Origin: a virus
Lineage: Duplodnaviria > Heunggongvirae > Uroviricota > Caudoviricetes
DNA length: 37,829 nt
Reading direction: 5' to 3' (one strand)
IMG/VR virus record: IMGVR_UViG_3300010383_000113
Coordinates: 1 to 37,829 of that record
Of the stretch, positions 1-8,419 are shown piece after piece. The position numbers were made by a program, and so were the translations under genes. The notes under the pieces are model-generated. The model saw only the letters and a program-made list of their open reading frames with translations. It was not told where the DNA came from and did not search any database. The stretch's first letter is position 1, and every line of letters begins with the position of its first letter.

Positions 1-366
1 GCGAAGCTCGGCCTCGTACTGCCTCGTCATGGACTCACGCTGCTGACGCTGGGCTTCAAGGACGTAGGGGGCCATCTTCCGCTCGTATTCAGCCTGTGCG
101 GCGGCTTCGGCCGCTTGTTCAGCGGCGAACTGGGCGTTGTGCCTCCGGTATCCAGCCCGCTTGTTCGCCTTGGGACGAGACGTCGTCGACGGGTACGCGG
201 CTGCCGGACGCATCGCTTCGACGGGAGGTCCGACCATGTCCGCCCTGTTGGACTTGGCGGCACGCTCGGCCTGGAGCTTGGCGATGAGGGCCTTCTGCTT
301 GTCGACCGGGGCCACCTGCGAGGCTCCGGACATGGCGAGCGTCAGGACGACCGAAGTGATCAGCAT
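1..366 (-). CDS. Secreted hypothetical protein, partial (runs off window start)
   Basis: Own translation MLITSVVLTLAMSGASQVAPVDKQKALIAK...; GAGGAG RBS, signal-peptide-like N-terminus, open to position 1. Confidence 0.75.
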   Translation of the reverse strand, partial: MLITSVVLTLAMSGASQVAPVDKQKALIAKLQAERAAKSNRADMVGPPVEAMRPAAAYPSTTSRPKANKRAGYRRHNAQFAAEQAAEAAAQAEYERKMAPYVLEAQRQQRESMTRQYEAELR

Positions 367-444
367 CGAATCTACTCCTCGCGGACGAGCGTGGGTTGTC
401 AGGGATGAGGCCCGGCCGGTCCCACGCAGACGACCGGGCTTGTT

Positions 445-1269
445 TCACTTCTTGCGGGCCTTGGCCTTCTTCGCCTGGGCCTCTTTCATCTCGGCGATCT
501 TGGCCGCGATGGAATCGGCCCTCCTGACGACCTTCTCGGCCGTGGATTTACCCCTGGCCTTGTCGACCCATTCCTCGGCCGAGAGGGGCTTTTCGAGCTT
601 CAGGAGACGCTCCGCCATTTCGAGGTCGCGGACGGCCGCCTTCTCAACCTCTTCCTTGCGGCGGCGGTCTTCGACCTCGTACCTCTGTAGCCGTTGCTGC
701 ACCCGCTCGCGTTCGGCGTCGATGACCTTGGCGTTCTCGGCCGCCTTCTCACGCCTCTCCAGTTCGTCGAGGTCGGCCGTCGAGGTCGTGAGCCGATTGC
801 AGAACTTCCGGATGAGATCTCGATCGCCCGGGAGGATCCGGAACGACACCGACCCGACGGCCATCTTGACGTCATCGGAGTTGGCGATCTTCTTCATCTC
901 GCCGATGGTGGTCGGATACATCAGCACTTCCGTGACGTGGCCGACATTGATGTCGCGATCGGCCTTGACCAGATTGAAGGATTTCCTCTGGCCGCTGAAG
1001 ACGATGGCCGTGTCGTTGTACTTGAGGAACTGCCAGGTCTCCGACACAGAGAAGACCGCGAGGACGATAGGCGTCTCCTCCGGCTTCGCCTCGCGTGACT
1101 GTCCCGTATAGGTGCTCCGCAGCCCGATGCCCACGAACAGGCTGTTTTCCGCCTGCTGATGGATGATCGGCTGGAGCATCTCCTCGGTCGTCACGTCTCG
1201 GACGTCGTCGTAGCTCGACGTGATCGTGCCTTGCATCGCGAAGGCGGCGGCCAGAGTGATGGCGAGCAT
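445..1269 (-). CDS. Secreted hypothetical protein with C-terminal coiled coil
   Basis: 274 aa; hydrophobic N-terminus MLAITLAAAFAMQG; E/K/R/A-rich tail; GGAG RBS. Confidence 0.8.
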   Translation of the reverse strand: MLAITLAAAFAMQGTITSSYDDVRDVTTEEMLQPIIHQQAENSLFVGIGLRSTYTGQSREAKPEETPIVLAVFSVSETWQFLKYNDTAIVFSGQRKSFNLVKADRDINVGHVTEVLMYPTTIGEMKKIANSDDVKMAVGSVSFRILPGDRDLIRKFCNRLTTSTADLDELERREKAAENAKVIDAERERVQQRLQRYEVEDRRRKEEVEKAAVRDLEMAERLLKLEKPLSAEEWVDKARGKSTAEKVVRRADSIAAKIAEMKEAQAKKAKARKK

Positions 1270-1309
1270 CAGGGGGCTCCCGTTGTGGAAGACGTCAAAT
1301 CAAGTCGAG

Positions 1310-1338
1310 ATGGTAGCAAGCTTGCTTACTGATCGCAA
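1310..1338 (-). promoter_or_regulatory. Sigma70-type promoter
   Basis: Minus strand TTGCGA-N17-TACCAT with TG upstream of the -10, ahead of ORF 445-1269. Confidence 0.55.
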
Positions 1339-1403
1339 GGGAAACATACTTCGCAACCTGATCTTTTGGTGTGCATGATGCGAGATTGCCGCCCGGGGTG
1401 GAC

Positions 1404-1431
1404 GGAGCAGGGAAGTCGCCCTCCCTGCTCC
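1404..1431. repeat. Hairpin of two inverted copies of the dispersed motif (possible terminator)
   Basis: GGAGCAGGGA-N8-TCCCTGCTCC, perfect 10-bp stem just downstream of ORF 1451-3790. Confidence 0.7.
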
Positions 1432-1450
1432 AAGCCTTGCCTCGCCTCTC

Positions 1451-3790
1451 TTAGTCCACGTCGGCGTTACAGACCTGGCCGAGGATACGGCTGTTGGTCT
1501 TCAGGAGTTCCACCGCTTCTTTTGACCGGAAGACCGCACCCATATGCACATTGAGGGCGTATCCATCGACGTCGTCGTTCCACTCTGACACGTTGCCGGT
1601 CCCGTTCTTGCTTCGCTGCCAGTTGTGGCACATGTTCAACTTCATTTCGTTGGAGAAAAGTTGGGCCTCATCCTGGATGCGTGCCCAGAGTTTCTCGCGA
1701 GGGGCCTTCGAAGTCTTGATGTCGGCGAACAGGATGCGGACTAGCTGATTGTTGATGTTGAGTTTCACCGTGTTGTTGCTGAACGAGACGTATCGGCCGT
1801 GCGGACTGGAGGCGTGGAACATGGAGACCCCACGCTTGGACTTGGCCTCTCCGGGGTCGCCGCCACTTCCGCCCGATCCTCCAGTGCTATTGGTGAACCT
1901 CTGCGGCAGGTCCACTTTGGTATTCAGCCGGTAGAGATCGTCGCCGTGCCTGAAGTGGAGATGAATATGAGGCAGGGTATTCTTCCGGACCCCCTCCTTA
2001 AGCCAGGTGTCCTCGTCCACCTTGACGTACTCGCCATCGTTGGTCTGAATGTGGTAATCGCCGACGGACAAGTACCACTGGCCCGACTTGCCGAGGCTGA
2101 TCAGTGTGTTGTCGCCATCTCCAACAGGCTCGAAAGACCAAGTCGCATCAACGACTTCTCCAGTATCGGCATGAGTCAACACGCCGCGAACTTCCCCGCC
2201 CGGACCGATCTTGACGATGGATTTGTTCGTCTTCGGGTCGACCAGCATGAGCCGATTGATCTTCGTCTTGCTGAAGATCGGGAGTTCCGCCATGCCGTCG
2301 AGACGTCGCGGCCACATGAGGTCGATCTCATTACGGATGTCGGTGATACCTTCGGCGTTCTCAGGGTCGTCGGCGGCCGTCTGGAAGATGTCGGTGACGC
2401 ACCTCATCAGATGGTTGCGATTCGAGACGCAGAACATCTCGTCGACATTCCCGAGGTACTGTCTCAGGCGTGCGTGGTCGTTCTGGTCTACGGCCTTGCC
2501 GTCGACGGAGAGGATCTCGGTGATACGCACTCGGATCCTGGCGAACGGATTCCGCCGGAAGATGAAGTTGTTCTTGCTGTTGGTTGCGTTGATGATCTCT
2601 CGAAGCTGAGGAAAGTTGTCGAAGTCGGTGAAAGTTTCGGAGTTGTCGCTGAGGCCCACGTTGAACGCCATGGCGAACTTCTCAAGCATCTTCCCGGCGA
2701 ATACCGGCTGCTCGTTCAGGCGTGAGAATCGACGGCTTTGCTGGTAGTCGAAGGAGACGAAGGTGTTGAATTCCGGCCTGGAAGCCACCATCAAGGCGTG
2801 CCCCGGCGAGTCGCCGTTAGTGCGGATTAGGGCCCTGCGGTTGGCGTTGAGGCCGACTTCGCCTCGCACAAGACCGTCATAGAGAGTCAGTTCAACCTCG
2901 GCGTTGAGGCGGATCTCTTCCGCGTCGTAGTTAATCTTGCAGTCGTTGGCCGGGATAGTCCACTTGTGACGGAATAGAATTTCATCGAAGTGATCGCACG
3001 ACATCATCTCCGAAGGGCGTACCGACGAGATTTTCATCCGGTCGTCGTAAACATCTCCCTCTTCGAGGACCAGGCTGTAGTGGTAGAAGACCTTGAAGTC
3101 TCGGCCGATCAGATTAGGGCAGAAATCTTTGAGCAGCATGAGCGTTTGCACGTTCAAGAAGCATTCGCTCTTGCCCAGCTTCACGTCGAAACGCGAGAGG
3201 TAGGCCACGTTGATCTTTCCCCACAACGACCCGAGTCGCTTCCGGATGTTGTCGATCAGATCGTCGTCGGCCACGGAGATTCGAGGCGTGCCGTCGTCGA
3301 GATGCGATTCGATGAGGTGAGTTGAGGCTCCGTCTTTACTGAGGATGAGGTGGTGATAGCGGCTTTGATTCTTGACGATCAGAAGAGGGGAGAGCATGCC
3401 TCCGCAGCCATTTGCTCCCTTACCTCCGGTTGAAGTGTTGGGCTGTAGGGCGGACACGATGCTCATTTGAGAAGGGAACGGATCGCCGTCGTGAGCATTG
3501 ACGACGTAAGCCTGGCCCCCGATCTTCATCGTGAACGACCACAGGTTTTTTGCGTTGTTGGCCTTGGCATTCTCGGCGTGCTCTCGGAAATAGATCGCCT
3601 TCGCGAGGTTGGGCGACGAGGAATACTGGGTCGTTAGCCCCTCTTGCGAACTGGTGATGCGGCGAGTCTCGTCGGTTAGATCGACGTGAGTGAGGACGGG
3701 CTTCTTCTGGATGTTGCTCTCGCGAGGAAGGCCGTGCAAATTGGCGGTGGACTTGCGGGAAGAGGGCTTGTTCTTGGTCTTCGTCGGCAT
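1451..3790 (-). CDS. Large protein with a putative N-terminal GHKL (HATPase_c-like) ATPase domain
   Basis: 779 aa; REHAENAKA (N-box), NAHDGDP (G1-like), GGKGANGCGG (G2-like) in the expected order. Confidence 0.55.
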   Translation of the reverse strand: MPTKTKNKPSSRKSTANLHGLPRESNIQKKPVLTHVDLTDETRRITSSQEGLTTQYSSSPNLAKAIYFREHAENAKANNAKNLWSFTMKIGGQAYVVNAHDGDPFPSQMSIVSALQPNTSTGGKGANGCGGMLSPLLIVKNQSRYHHLILSKDGASTHLIESHLDDGTPRISVADDDLIDNIRKRLGSLWGKINVAYLSRFDVKLGKSECFLNVQTLMLLKDFCPNLIGRDFKVFYHYSLVLEEGDVYDDRMKISSVRPSEMMSCDHFDEILFRHKWTIPANDCKINYDAEEIRLNAEVELTLYDGLVRGEVGLNANRRALIRTNGDSPGHALMVASRPEFNTFVSFDYQQSRRFSRLNEQPVFAGKMLEKFAMAFNVGLSDNSETFTDFDNFPQLREIINATNSKNNFIFRRNPFARIRVRITEILSVDGKAVDQNDHARLRQYLGNVDEMFCVSNRNHLMRCVTDIFQTAADDPENAEGITDIRNEIDLMWPRRLDGMAELPIFSKTKINRLMLVDPKTNKSIVKIGPGGEVRGVLTHADTGEVVDATWSFEPVGDGDNTLISLGKSGQWYLSVGDYHIQTNDGEYVKVDEDTWLKEGVRKNTLPHIHLHFRHGDDLYRLNTKVDLPQRFTNSTGGSGGSGGDPGEAKSKRGVSMFHASSPHGRYVSFSNNTVKLNINNQLVRILFADIKTSKAPREKLWARIQDEAQLFSNEMKLNMCHNWQRSKNGTGNVSEWNDDVDGYALNVHMGAVFRSKEAVELLKTNSRILGQVCNADVD

Positions 3791-3859
3791 GGAATTCTTC
3801 CTTTGGTAGAGGTCTCAAAACGATCTTGGTCTGTGGATGGTGAAAGTCTGGATCGGGAG

Positions 3860-4177
3860 TCAGACCTGCGGGAATTCGAGCCCCGGTTGGTCGACAAGCC
3901 CCAACTGCTCCATGACGGCCTCGCACTCGTCGAGGCTGACGATGAGGCTCTGGAGGGTGTGGCCGTTGGCGTCCTCCAAGCCCGCCCCCTCGCCACGCCC
4001 GAACAACTCTCTATATAGGACGGGGTTGACCTCGCCCCGCCGGATCCCGTCGGCCAACCACCGCTGCAACGGGACCTCCTCGACGATCCGACGCAGCAGG
4101 GCCGCCGCGTCCTCGCCGAGCTTGAACTGGACCATCTTGGTCTTGGTCGCACGACGCCGGAGTTCATTCAGGGTCAT
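3860..4177 (-). CDS. Hypothetical protein
   Basis: 105 aa ORF, overlaps upstream gene. Confidence 0.7.
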   Translation of the reverse strand: MTLNELRRRATKTKMVQFKLGEDAAALLRRIVEEVPLQRWLADGIRRGEVNPVLYRELFGRGEGAGLEDANGHTLQSLIVSLDECEAVMEQLGLVDQPGLEFPQV

Positions 4178-4364
4178 GATGCCTCACCATATCAAATAGG
4201 ACGATGGGCCAAAGGAAGATGCAGTAGAGGGCCGACTTGATCGAGGACACTTCGTCGTCTTCCCCGGCCTCGTCGAAGGATCGCCAGCATGACGCCAGCC
4301 CGGCGGCCGAGAGGATGACGCCGAAGAGGTACGACGAGATGAGGACGCGAAGGATCAGCATCAT
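4164..4364 (-). CDS. Small two-TM membrane protein
   Basis: MMLILRVLISSYLFGVIL...CIFLWPIVL; GGAGG RBS; similar pattern to neighbour 4361-4552. Confidence 0.7.
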   Translation of the reverse strand: MMLILRVLISSYLFGVILSAAGLASCWRSFDEAGEDDEVSSIKSALYCIFLWPIVLFDMVRHHDPE

Positions 4365-4552
4365 CGCATCACCTCCGAGCGAACGTACTGGAACACCCAG
4401 AGGGGCCACATCAGGCTGGCGTACAGCGTGAAGAAGCGATAGCCGGGGATCGGCCAGGCCGGGCGATTGAGGAGGAGCAGGGAGGCGAAGATCACACAGC
4501 CTGCCGCGTAAACCCCTAGGACGACCAGCAGCCCCAAAAGAATGGTGCTCAT
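4361..4552 (-). CDS. Small two-TM membrane protein
   Basis: 63 aa, hydrophobic, ASLMWPLWV motif; ATGA coupling. Confidence 0.7.
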   Translation of the reverse strand: MSTILLGLLVVLGVYAAGCVIFASLLLLNRPAWPIPGYRFFTLYASLMWPLWVFQYVRSEVMR

Positions 4553-4788
4553 CGGAAGTGCTCCGGCATCTTGTAGGGGGCCGCCAGGTGATTGATGAGG
4601 GAGCCGTCCGGCCTGAAGAAGAACTCCACGGTCGCCCCATCCCCTGCTCCTCCCCCGATGACCAGCGAGTTCTTCGTGGTCAGGTACTCGAAGTTGTACA
4701 GGAAGAAGTCGTCGTCGGAGAGGTTCCCCTCATTCTTCACGAGGTACTGGCTGAAGAGGCGTTCCAGCGTCTCTCTGTCCGTCATCAT
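4549..4788 (-). CDS. Hypothetical protein
   Basis: 79 aa, ATGA coupling. Confidence 0.65.
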   Translation of the reverse strand: MMTDRETLERLFSQYLVKNEGNLSDDDFFLYNFEYLTTKNSLVIGGGAGDGATVEFFFRPDGSLINHLAAPYKMPEHFR

Positions 4789-5383
4789 GCCACAGGCCCC
4801 TTTCGTGCAGTTTGGCGTCGGCCTCGGCCTCGGCGAAGGCCTTCATGAGGTCGGGGTTGAACTTGAACTTCCTGTAATAGCGGCCGTAGCCCTCGCGGAT
4901 GAGGTGTTCGTTGACGAGCCGGCCATCGAGGTAGACGTAGGCGATCAGCCGAGAGAAGCCGTCCAGCCGGTTCTTCTCGAACTCCAGGTGGACGTCCCGG
5001 CCTTCGAGCATGGCCTTGGTGTGGGCCGACGCCTCTTTGCCGAAGGGCTGGGGGCCACGATGGGTATCGACCGTCTCGGGAGTGTCGACGCCGATGAGCC
5101 TCACTTTGTATAGGACGTCGCCTCGGGCGACCTCGATGGTGTCGCCGTCGACGACCCGGATGACACGGACTTTGTCGAAGGCGGAAGGGCAGTCGCAGGA
5201 TTTGCAACACTGGCACGGGCCGGGCTTGGCACAGCAATCGTCGCCCGCGTAAGAGAGGAGTAGCAGGGAGATCAGGGCACTAAACACGATAAGGCCTCCT
5301 AGGTGGACTTGGGATGTTCCAGCTAGGAGACCTACACCGAAGGGCTTGACCCCCTCCCTGCTACGCACGCGAAGCGTGCTCAC
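4730..5383 (-). CDS. Thermonuclease (SNase) family protein with TM/signal anchor and Cys-rich linker
   Basis: VIRVVDGDTI, VRLIGVDTPET, FGKEAS, RLIAYVYLDGRLVNEHLIREGYG, AEADAKLHERGLW. Confidence 0.92.
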   Translation of the reverse strand: MSTLRVRSREGVKPFGVGLLAGTSQVHLGGLIVFSALISLLLLSYAGDDCCAKPGPCQCCKSCDCPSAFDKVRVIRVVDGDTIEVARGDVLYKVRLIGVDTPETVDTHRGPQPFGKEASAHTKAMLEGRDVHLEFEKNRLDGFSRLIAYVYLDGRLVNEHLIREGYGRYYRKFKFNPDLMKAFAEAEADAKLHERGLWHDDGQRDAGTPLQPVPREE

Positions 5384-6102
5384 GCATTGGTCGCTGTCGG
5401 ACGATTGTTCAAGATACAGACCGGCAAATCGCCATACTCCCGCTCGACCTCCCGGTCCAGGTACGCTAGATCGAACGAGGTTGGGTCGCCGGGCTTGGCG
5501 TGCCGATCCGTCACGGTGTCGAGCCGGTAGCCATCGTCGTCGCGGCGGATTCTCCAGACGATGTTCGACTTCCAGAAGATCGAGTCGGATGGGGAGTCGA
5601 GAAGGCTGTATCGTCCCCGTCCGCTCGAATTCGTCTGAATGGTCAGGAAGGCGAACTGATCGTTGTCTCGTGCGACCTGGTTGATCGCCCTGATCCCGTC
5701 GGAAATCTGTCGCAATTCGGGAGATTCGTCGCTGGTGAAGAAGTCGGGCTGGTCGATCATCCAGATCTTGCAGCGTGGCACGTTCTTCATCGTGGCGAGG
5801 ATTTTCTTAATCTGTCTCTTCTCGCGGAATCCCCCGACCATGAGTCCCGAGGAGTCATTGGCGTTCCTACTGATCGACCTCAGAAGCCGAGTCTTGCGAG
5901 ACTTGACAGGGGCGAGAATCGTGTAGAGGCCCGGATGCTCGATGGGCCGCATGCCGGGGATGCCGGTCGTGATCGAGAGGTGCCCAGGGTCTTCGACGAC
6001 GTCGCCGAGAACGCGGCCAGAGGTCGCGGCTGCCGCGAAGCCGCCCAGGCTGGCGGCGGCGGTGGTGCTTAGGCTCGTACGGATGAAGTCGCGTCGACGC
6101 AT
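5380..6102 (-). CDS. Tat-signal protein with degenerate DnaB/RecA-like domain
   Basis: MRRRDFIRTS twin-arginine signal; TILAPVKSRKT, IWMIDQPD, FLTIQTN, SDSIFWKSNIVWRIRRD resemble SF4 helicase motifs. Confidence 0.55.
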   Translation of the reverse strand: MRRRDFIRTSLSTTAAASLGGFAAAATSGRVLGDVVEDPGHLSITTGIPGMRPIEHPGLYTILAPVKSRKTRLLRSISRNANDSSGLMVGGFREKRQIKKILATMKNVPRCKIWMIDQPDFFTSDESPELRQISDGIRAINQVARDNDQFAFLTIQTNSSGRGRYSLLDSPSDSIFWKSNIVWRIRRDDDGYRLDTVTDRHAKPGDPTSFDLAYLDREVEREYGDLPVCILNNRPTATNA

Positions 6103-6109
6103 AGATGCC

Positions 6110-6658
6110 TCAGAGTTGGTAGGTGTGGAACTGCCGGTCCAGAGACTTCTGGGTGACTAGCTTGTCACCCTTGATGAGCCAGGCCGAAGAAGCCGAGTAT
6201 GAGGCGATTATGGGCCTGCATGTGTAGACTGAAGAGTGTTTCTGCCACTTGGTGCTGATGAAAAGCCTCCAGTCACGCAGTTCAGCCAGCTTCATCAGCC
6301 TGACACAACTACTATGACGGATCCGGTGATCTGCGGCGTACAGGAAGTCATCAGCGAAGACGGTCAATCCTTTTTGGCAAGGCAGTCTTTCAAAGTCCGG
6401 CTTTCTGTCGTGCTCGTGCTCGTAGGTCGACGACGTCCCGAGACAAAACTGACCTCCGATCTGTCGATGGAGCCTTCTCATCACAAACGAGGTGGCTACC
6501 GGGTTGTCGCCCGCGACGACGTAAATGCCGGGCTCTGCCGGTGCCTCGAACCCAACAATAGGCGGATAGAGCGTGGCGGCCTTTAGGGCTCCCCAGCCCA
6601 GGCTGGTCGTCAGAGGTACTGCTGCCCCGATGCGAATGAAGTCGCGTCGGTTGGTCAT
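6110..6658 (-). CDS. Tat-signal protein, likely divergent paralog of 5380-6102
   Basis: MTNRRDFIRIG signal; PGIYVVAG and TVFADDF at equivalent positions. Confidence 0.55.
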   Translation of the reverse strand: MTNRRDFIRIGAAVPLTTSLGWGALKAATLYPPIVGFEAPAEPGIYVVAGDNPVATSFVMRRLHRQIGGQFCLGTSSTYEHEHDRKPDFERLPCQKGLTVFADDFLYAADHRIRHSSCVRLMKLAELRDWRLFISTKWQKHSSVYTCRPIIASYSASSAWLIKGDKLVTQKSLDRQFHTYQL

Positions 6659-6661
6659 TTT

Positions 6662-6943
6662 TCAAGACTCCTCGTCGATGGTGATTCGAGTCCCGTCGGG
6701 AAGTTCGGCGTAGAGGACCGAGAACTTGCCGCTGCCGCATTCAGGCTCGACTTCGTCACCGTCGACGTCGACCCCTTCGGAGCGGAGCCATTCCAGCTCG
6801 CGGTTGCAGTCGCAGCCGAAGTTGCCGGTCGTCCACCAGAAGATACTGTAGTCATGCCATGAGAGGTTTTGGTCGATGACTCGGATCTCTCCGGTCTCGT
6901 TCTTCCGCATGGCGATCTTGTAGGACGGGGCGATCTCGTTCAT
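6662..6943 (-). CDS. Hypothetical protein (GNFGCDCNR motif)
   Basis: 93 aa ORF. Confidence 0.75.
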   Translation of the reverse strand: MNEIAPSYKIAMRKNETGEIRVIDQNLSWHDYSIFWWTTGNFGCDCNRELEWLRSEGVDVDGDEVEPECGSGKFSVLYAELPDGTRITIDEES

Positions 6944-6946
6944 GAT

Positions 6947-7234
6947 TCACCAGTAGGTTGCGGCCAGACATCCCGGGACGCCAATGAACTCGATCCACTG
7001 CTTGCAGGTCTTCTGAAGCCTTAGTTCAAGCCTGCCGCCTTCAGAGACCAAGGAGAAGACGGAATCGTCGTCGAGGCGTTCCACCCCGACGATTGAGAGA
7101 TCCTCGATGTCCTCGGCGAGGTTCTCGGCCAGGATGGCGACGGCATGTTCGGGCGACGTGGCGATCACCCAGGACTTTTCACCTATCTCGTCGATGAGAT
7201 AGACGGAGAGGGGAGTAGCAGGGAGGGCGGTCAT
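6947..7234 (-). CDS. Hypothetical protein
   Basis: 95 aa, ATGA coupling. Confidence 0.7.
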   Translation of the reverse strand: MTALPATPLSVYLIDEIGEKSWVIATSPEHAVAILAENLAEDIEDLSIVGVERLDDDSVFSLVSEGGRLELRLQKTCKQWIEFIGVPGCLAATYW

Positions 7235-7491
7235 ACGGTGCTCATCTCCTGGTCCGTGGCCTTGCCGGGGTTTTCATCTGGGTGGGATGGGGTGGTCGGA
7301 GGAGTCCTCTCAAGTCGACCGATGATTTTCTCTGCCTTGACGACCTCGACGATCTCTACGGATGTGACGTCATTCTGCTGAAGGAGAAAGTAAGCTTTCG
7401 CCATGGCGTCGTCCCGAGTGACGTCGTCATGCAGGGTGATCCGCCCTGGGTATTCACCTTGGCTTTCCTATCGGAGGAAGAACTCAGGCAT
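7231..7491 (-). pseudogene. Small gene with in-frame TAG at codon 8
   Basis: MPEFFLR*ESQGEYPGRITLHDD...EMSTV; RBS present, overlaps genes on both sides. Confidence 0.6.
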
Positions 7492-7651
7492 TTTGCCCTC
7501 CCTGCTCCCCGGCGGAGCCGGTTGTGAAATCCTGTCCGCACGTCAGACATCGCCAGTGATCGTAACAGCCGTACTGACCACGGTCCAGGATGCGGGTTCG
7601 TCGGTCTTCGCCGCATCCGTTGCAGTAGATCACCCCATTTTCGATCGGCAT
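7484..7651 (-). CDS. Small zinc-ribbon protein
   Basis: MPIENGVIYCNGC...WRCLTCG; GAGGAGG RBS. Confidence 0.7.
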   Translation of the reverse strand: MPIENGVIYCNGCGEDRRTRILDRGQYGCYDHWRCLTCGQDFTTGSAGEQGGQNA

Positions 7652-7827
7652 GCGGCCTCCTCGGCTCTCAAACAAGCCTTGCAGTCGGCGGGCGTAGGTT
7701 CGAGCCAAGCATGGACCCGGATGCCGGACTTGAAGATGTTGACTCCGCAATAGGCCCTGGGCAGACCTTCGCCCCCTTCTGTACGCGGGTCAATCTTGTG
7801 GACCGCCTTCTTCTTGGGCTTTGCCAT
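7630..7827 (-). CDS. Small Cys/His protein
   Basis: 65 aa; H...YCG...CKAC. Confidence 0.65.
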   Translation of the reverse strand: MAKPKKKAVHKIDPRTEGGEGLPRAYCGVNIFKSGIRVHAWLEPTPADCKACLRAEEAACRSKMG

Positions 7828-7845
7828 CAGAAAAGACTCCTAGAC

Positions 7846-8034
7846 TTACATCCTCTTTAGCCGTTCGACGTCGGCCCTCAAGAACTTCCCGGCCTGAACC
7901 CCGCCCTCGTAGGCTTGGCGATAGGGCTCGTTATAGAACTGGGGAGTTGGTGGCCAGTTATTTCGGCCGTCACGCACCCCCATGTCGAATGCTCGATGGA
8001 GATCTTTGTTGATCCCAGGGTCAATCGACCACAT
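7846..8034 (-). CDS. Hypothetical protein
   Basis: 62 aa; RBS supplied by the motif copy at 8043. Confidence 0.65.
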   Translation of the reverse strand: MWSIDPGINKDLHRAFDMGVRDGRNNWPPTPQFYNEPYRQAYEGGVQAGKFLRADVERLKRM

Positions 8035-8419
8035 TCTGCCCTCCCTGCTCCTCCGCCGCAGGCGGCTCGAACTTGGACTTCAGCCAGAGGTATTGCTGGT
8101 ACTGCCACTTCCGATTGTATTCTTCCTCGGCGGATTTCTCCGCTTCGTGTCGTTGACGTTTAACGACCTCGTCGCGAAGCTCATCATCGGTTCGCGTGTA
8201 GTCGGCCAACTTCTCGACATTCAGTCGCTCATCCTTCTCGCCCCAGTGATAGAACTGGACCTGGAAGTCGTCGAGACCTTCGGCGGCCTTGTGCTCCTCG
8301 ATGATCCGGACGATAAGGTTGGCGGAGGTCGGGGTCGGCAGATCTTCGGCGATCGGGTGTTCGTAATTCTTGATCACACGGTCGATCTTGTAGCACTCGA
8401 CCAGTTCGTCGAGGGTCAT
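8021..8419 (-). CDS. Hypothetical protein
   Basis: 132 aa; TAAGGAG RBS; ATGA overlap with the isrB stop. Confidence 0.75.
   Translation of the reverse strand: MTLDELVECYKIDRVIKNYEHPIAEDLPTPTSANLIVRIIEEHKAAEGLDDFQVQFYHWGEKDERLNVEKLADYTRTDDELRDEVVKRQRHEAEKSAEEEYNRKWQYQQYLWLKSKFEPPAAEEQGGQNVVD

Noticed and set aside
7468-7470. Genome-wide TAG recoding
   Set aside because: Only one clear in-frame TAG was found, and TAG terminates other genes normally.
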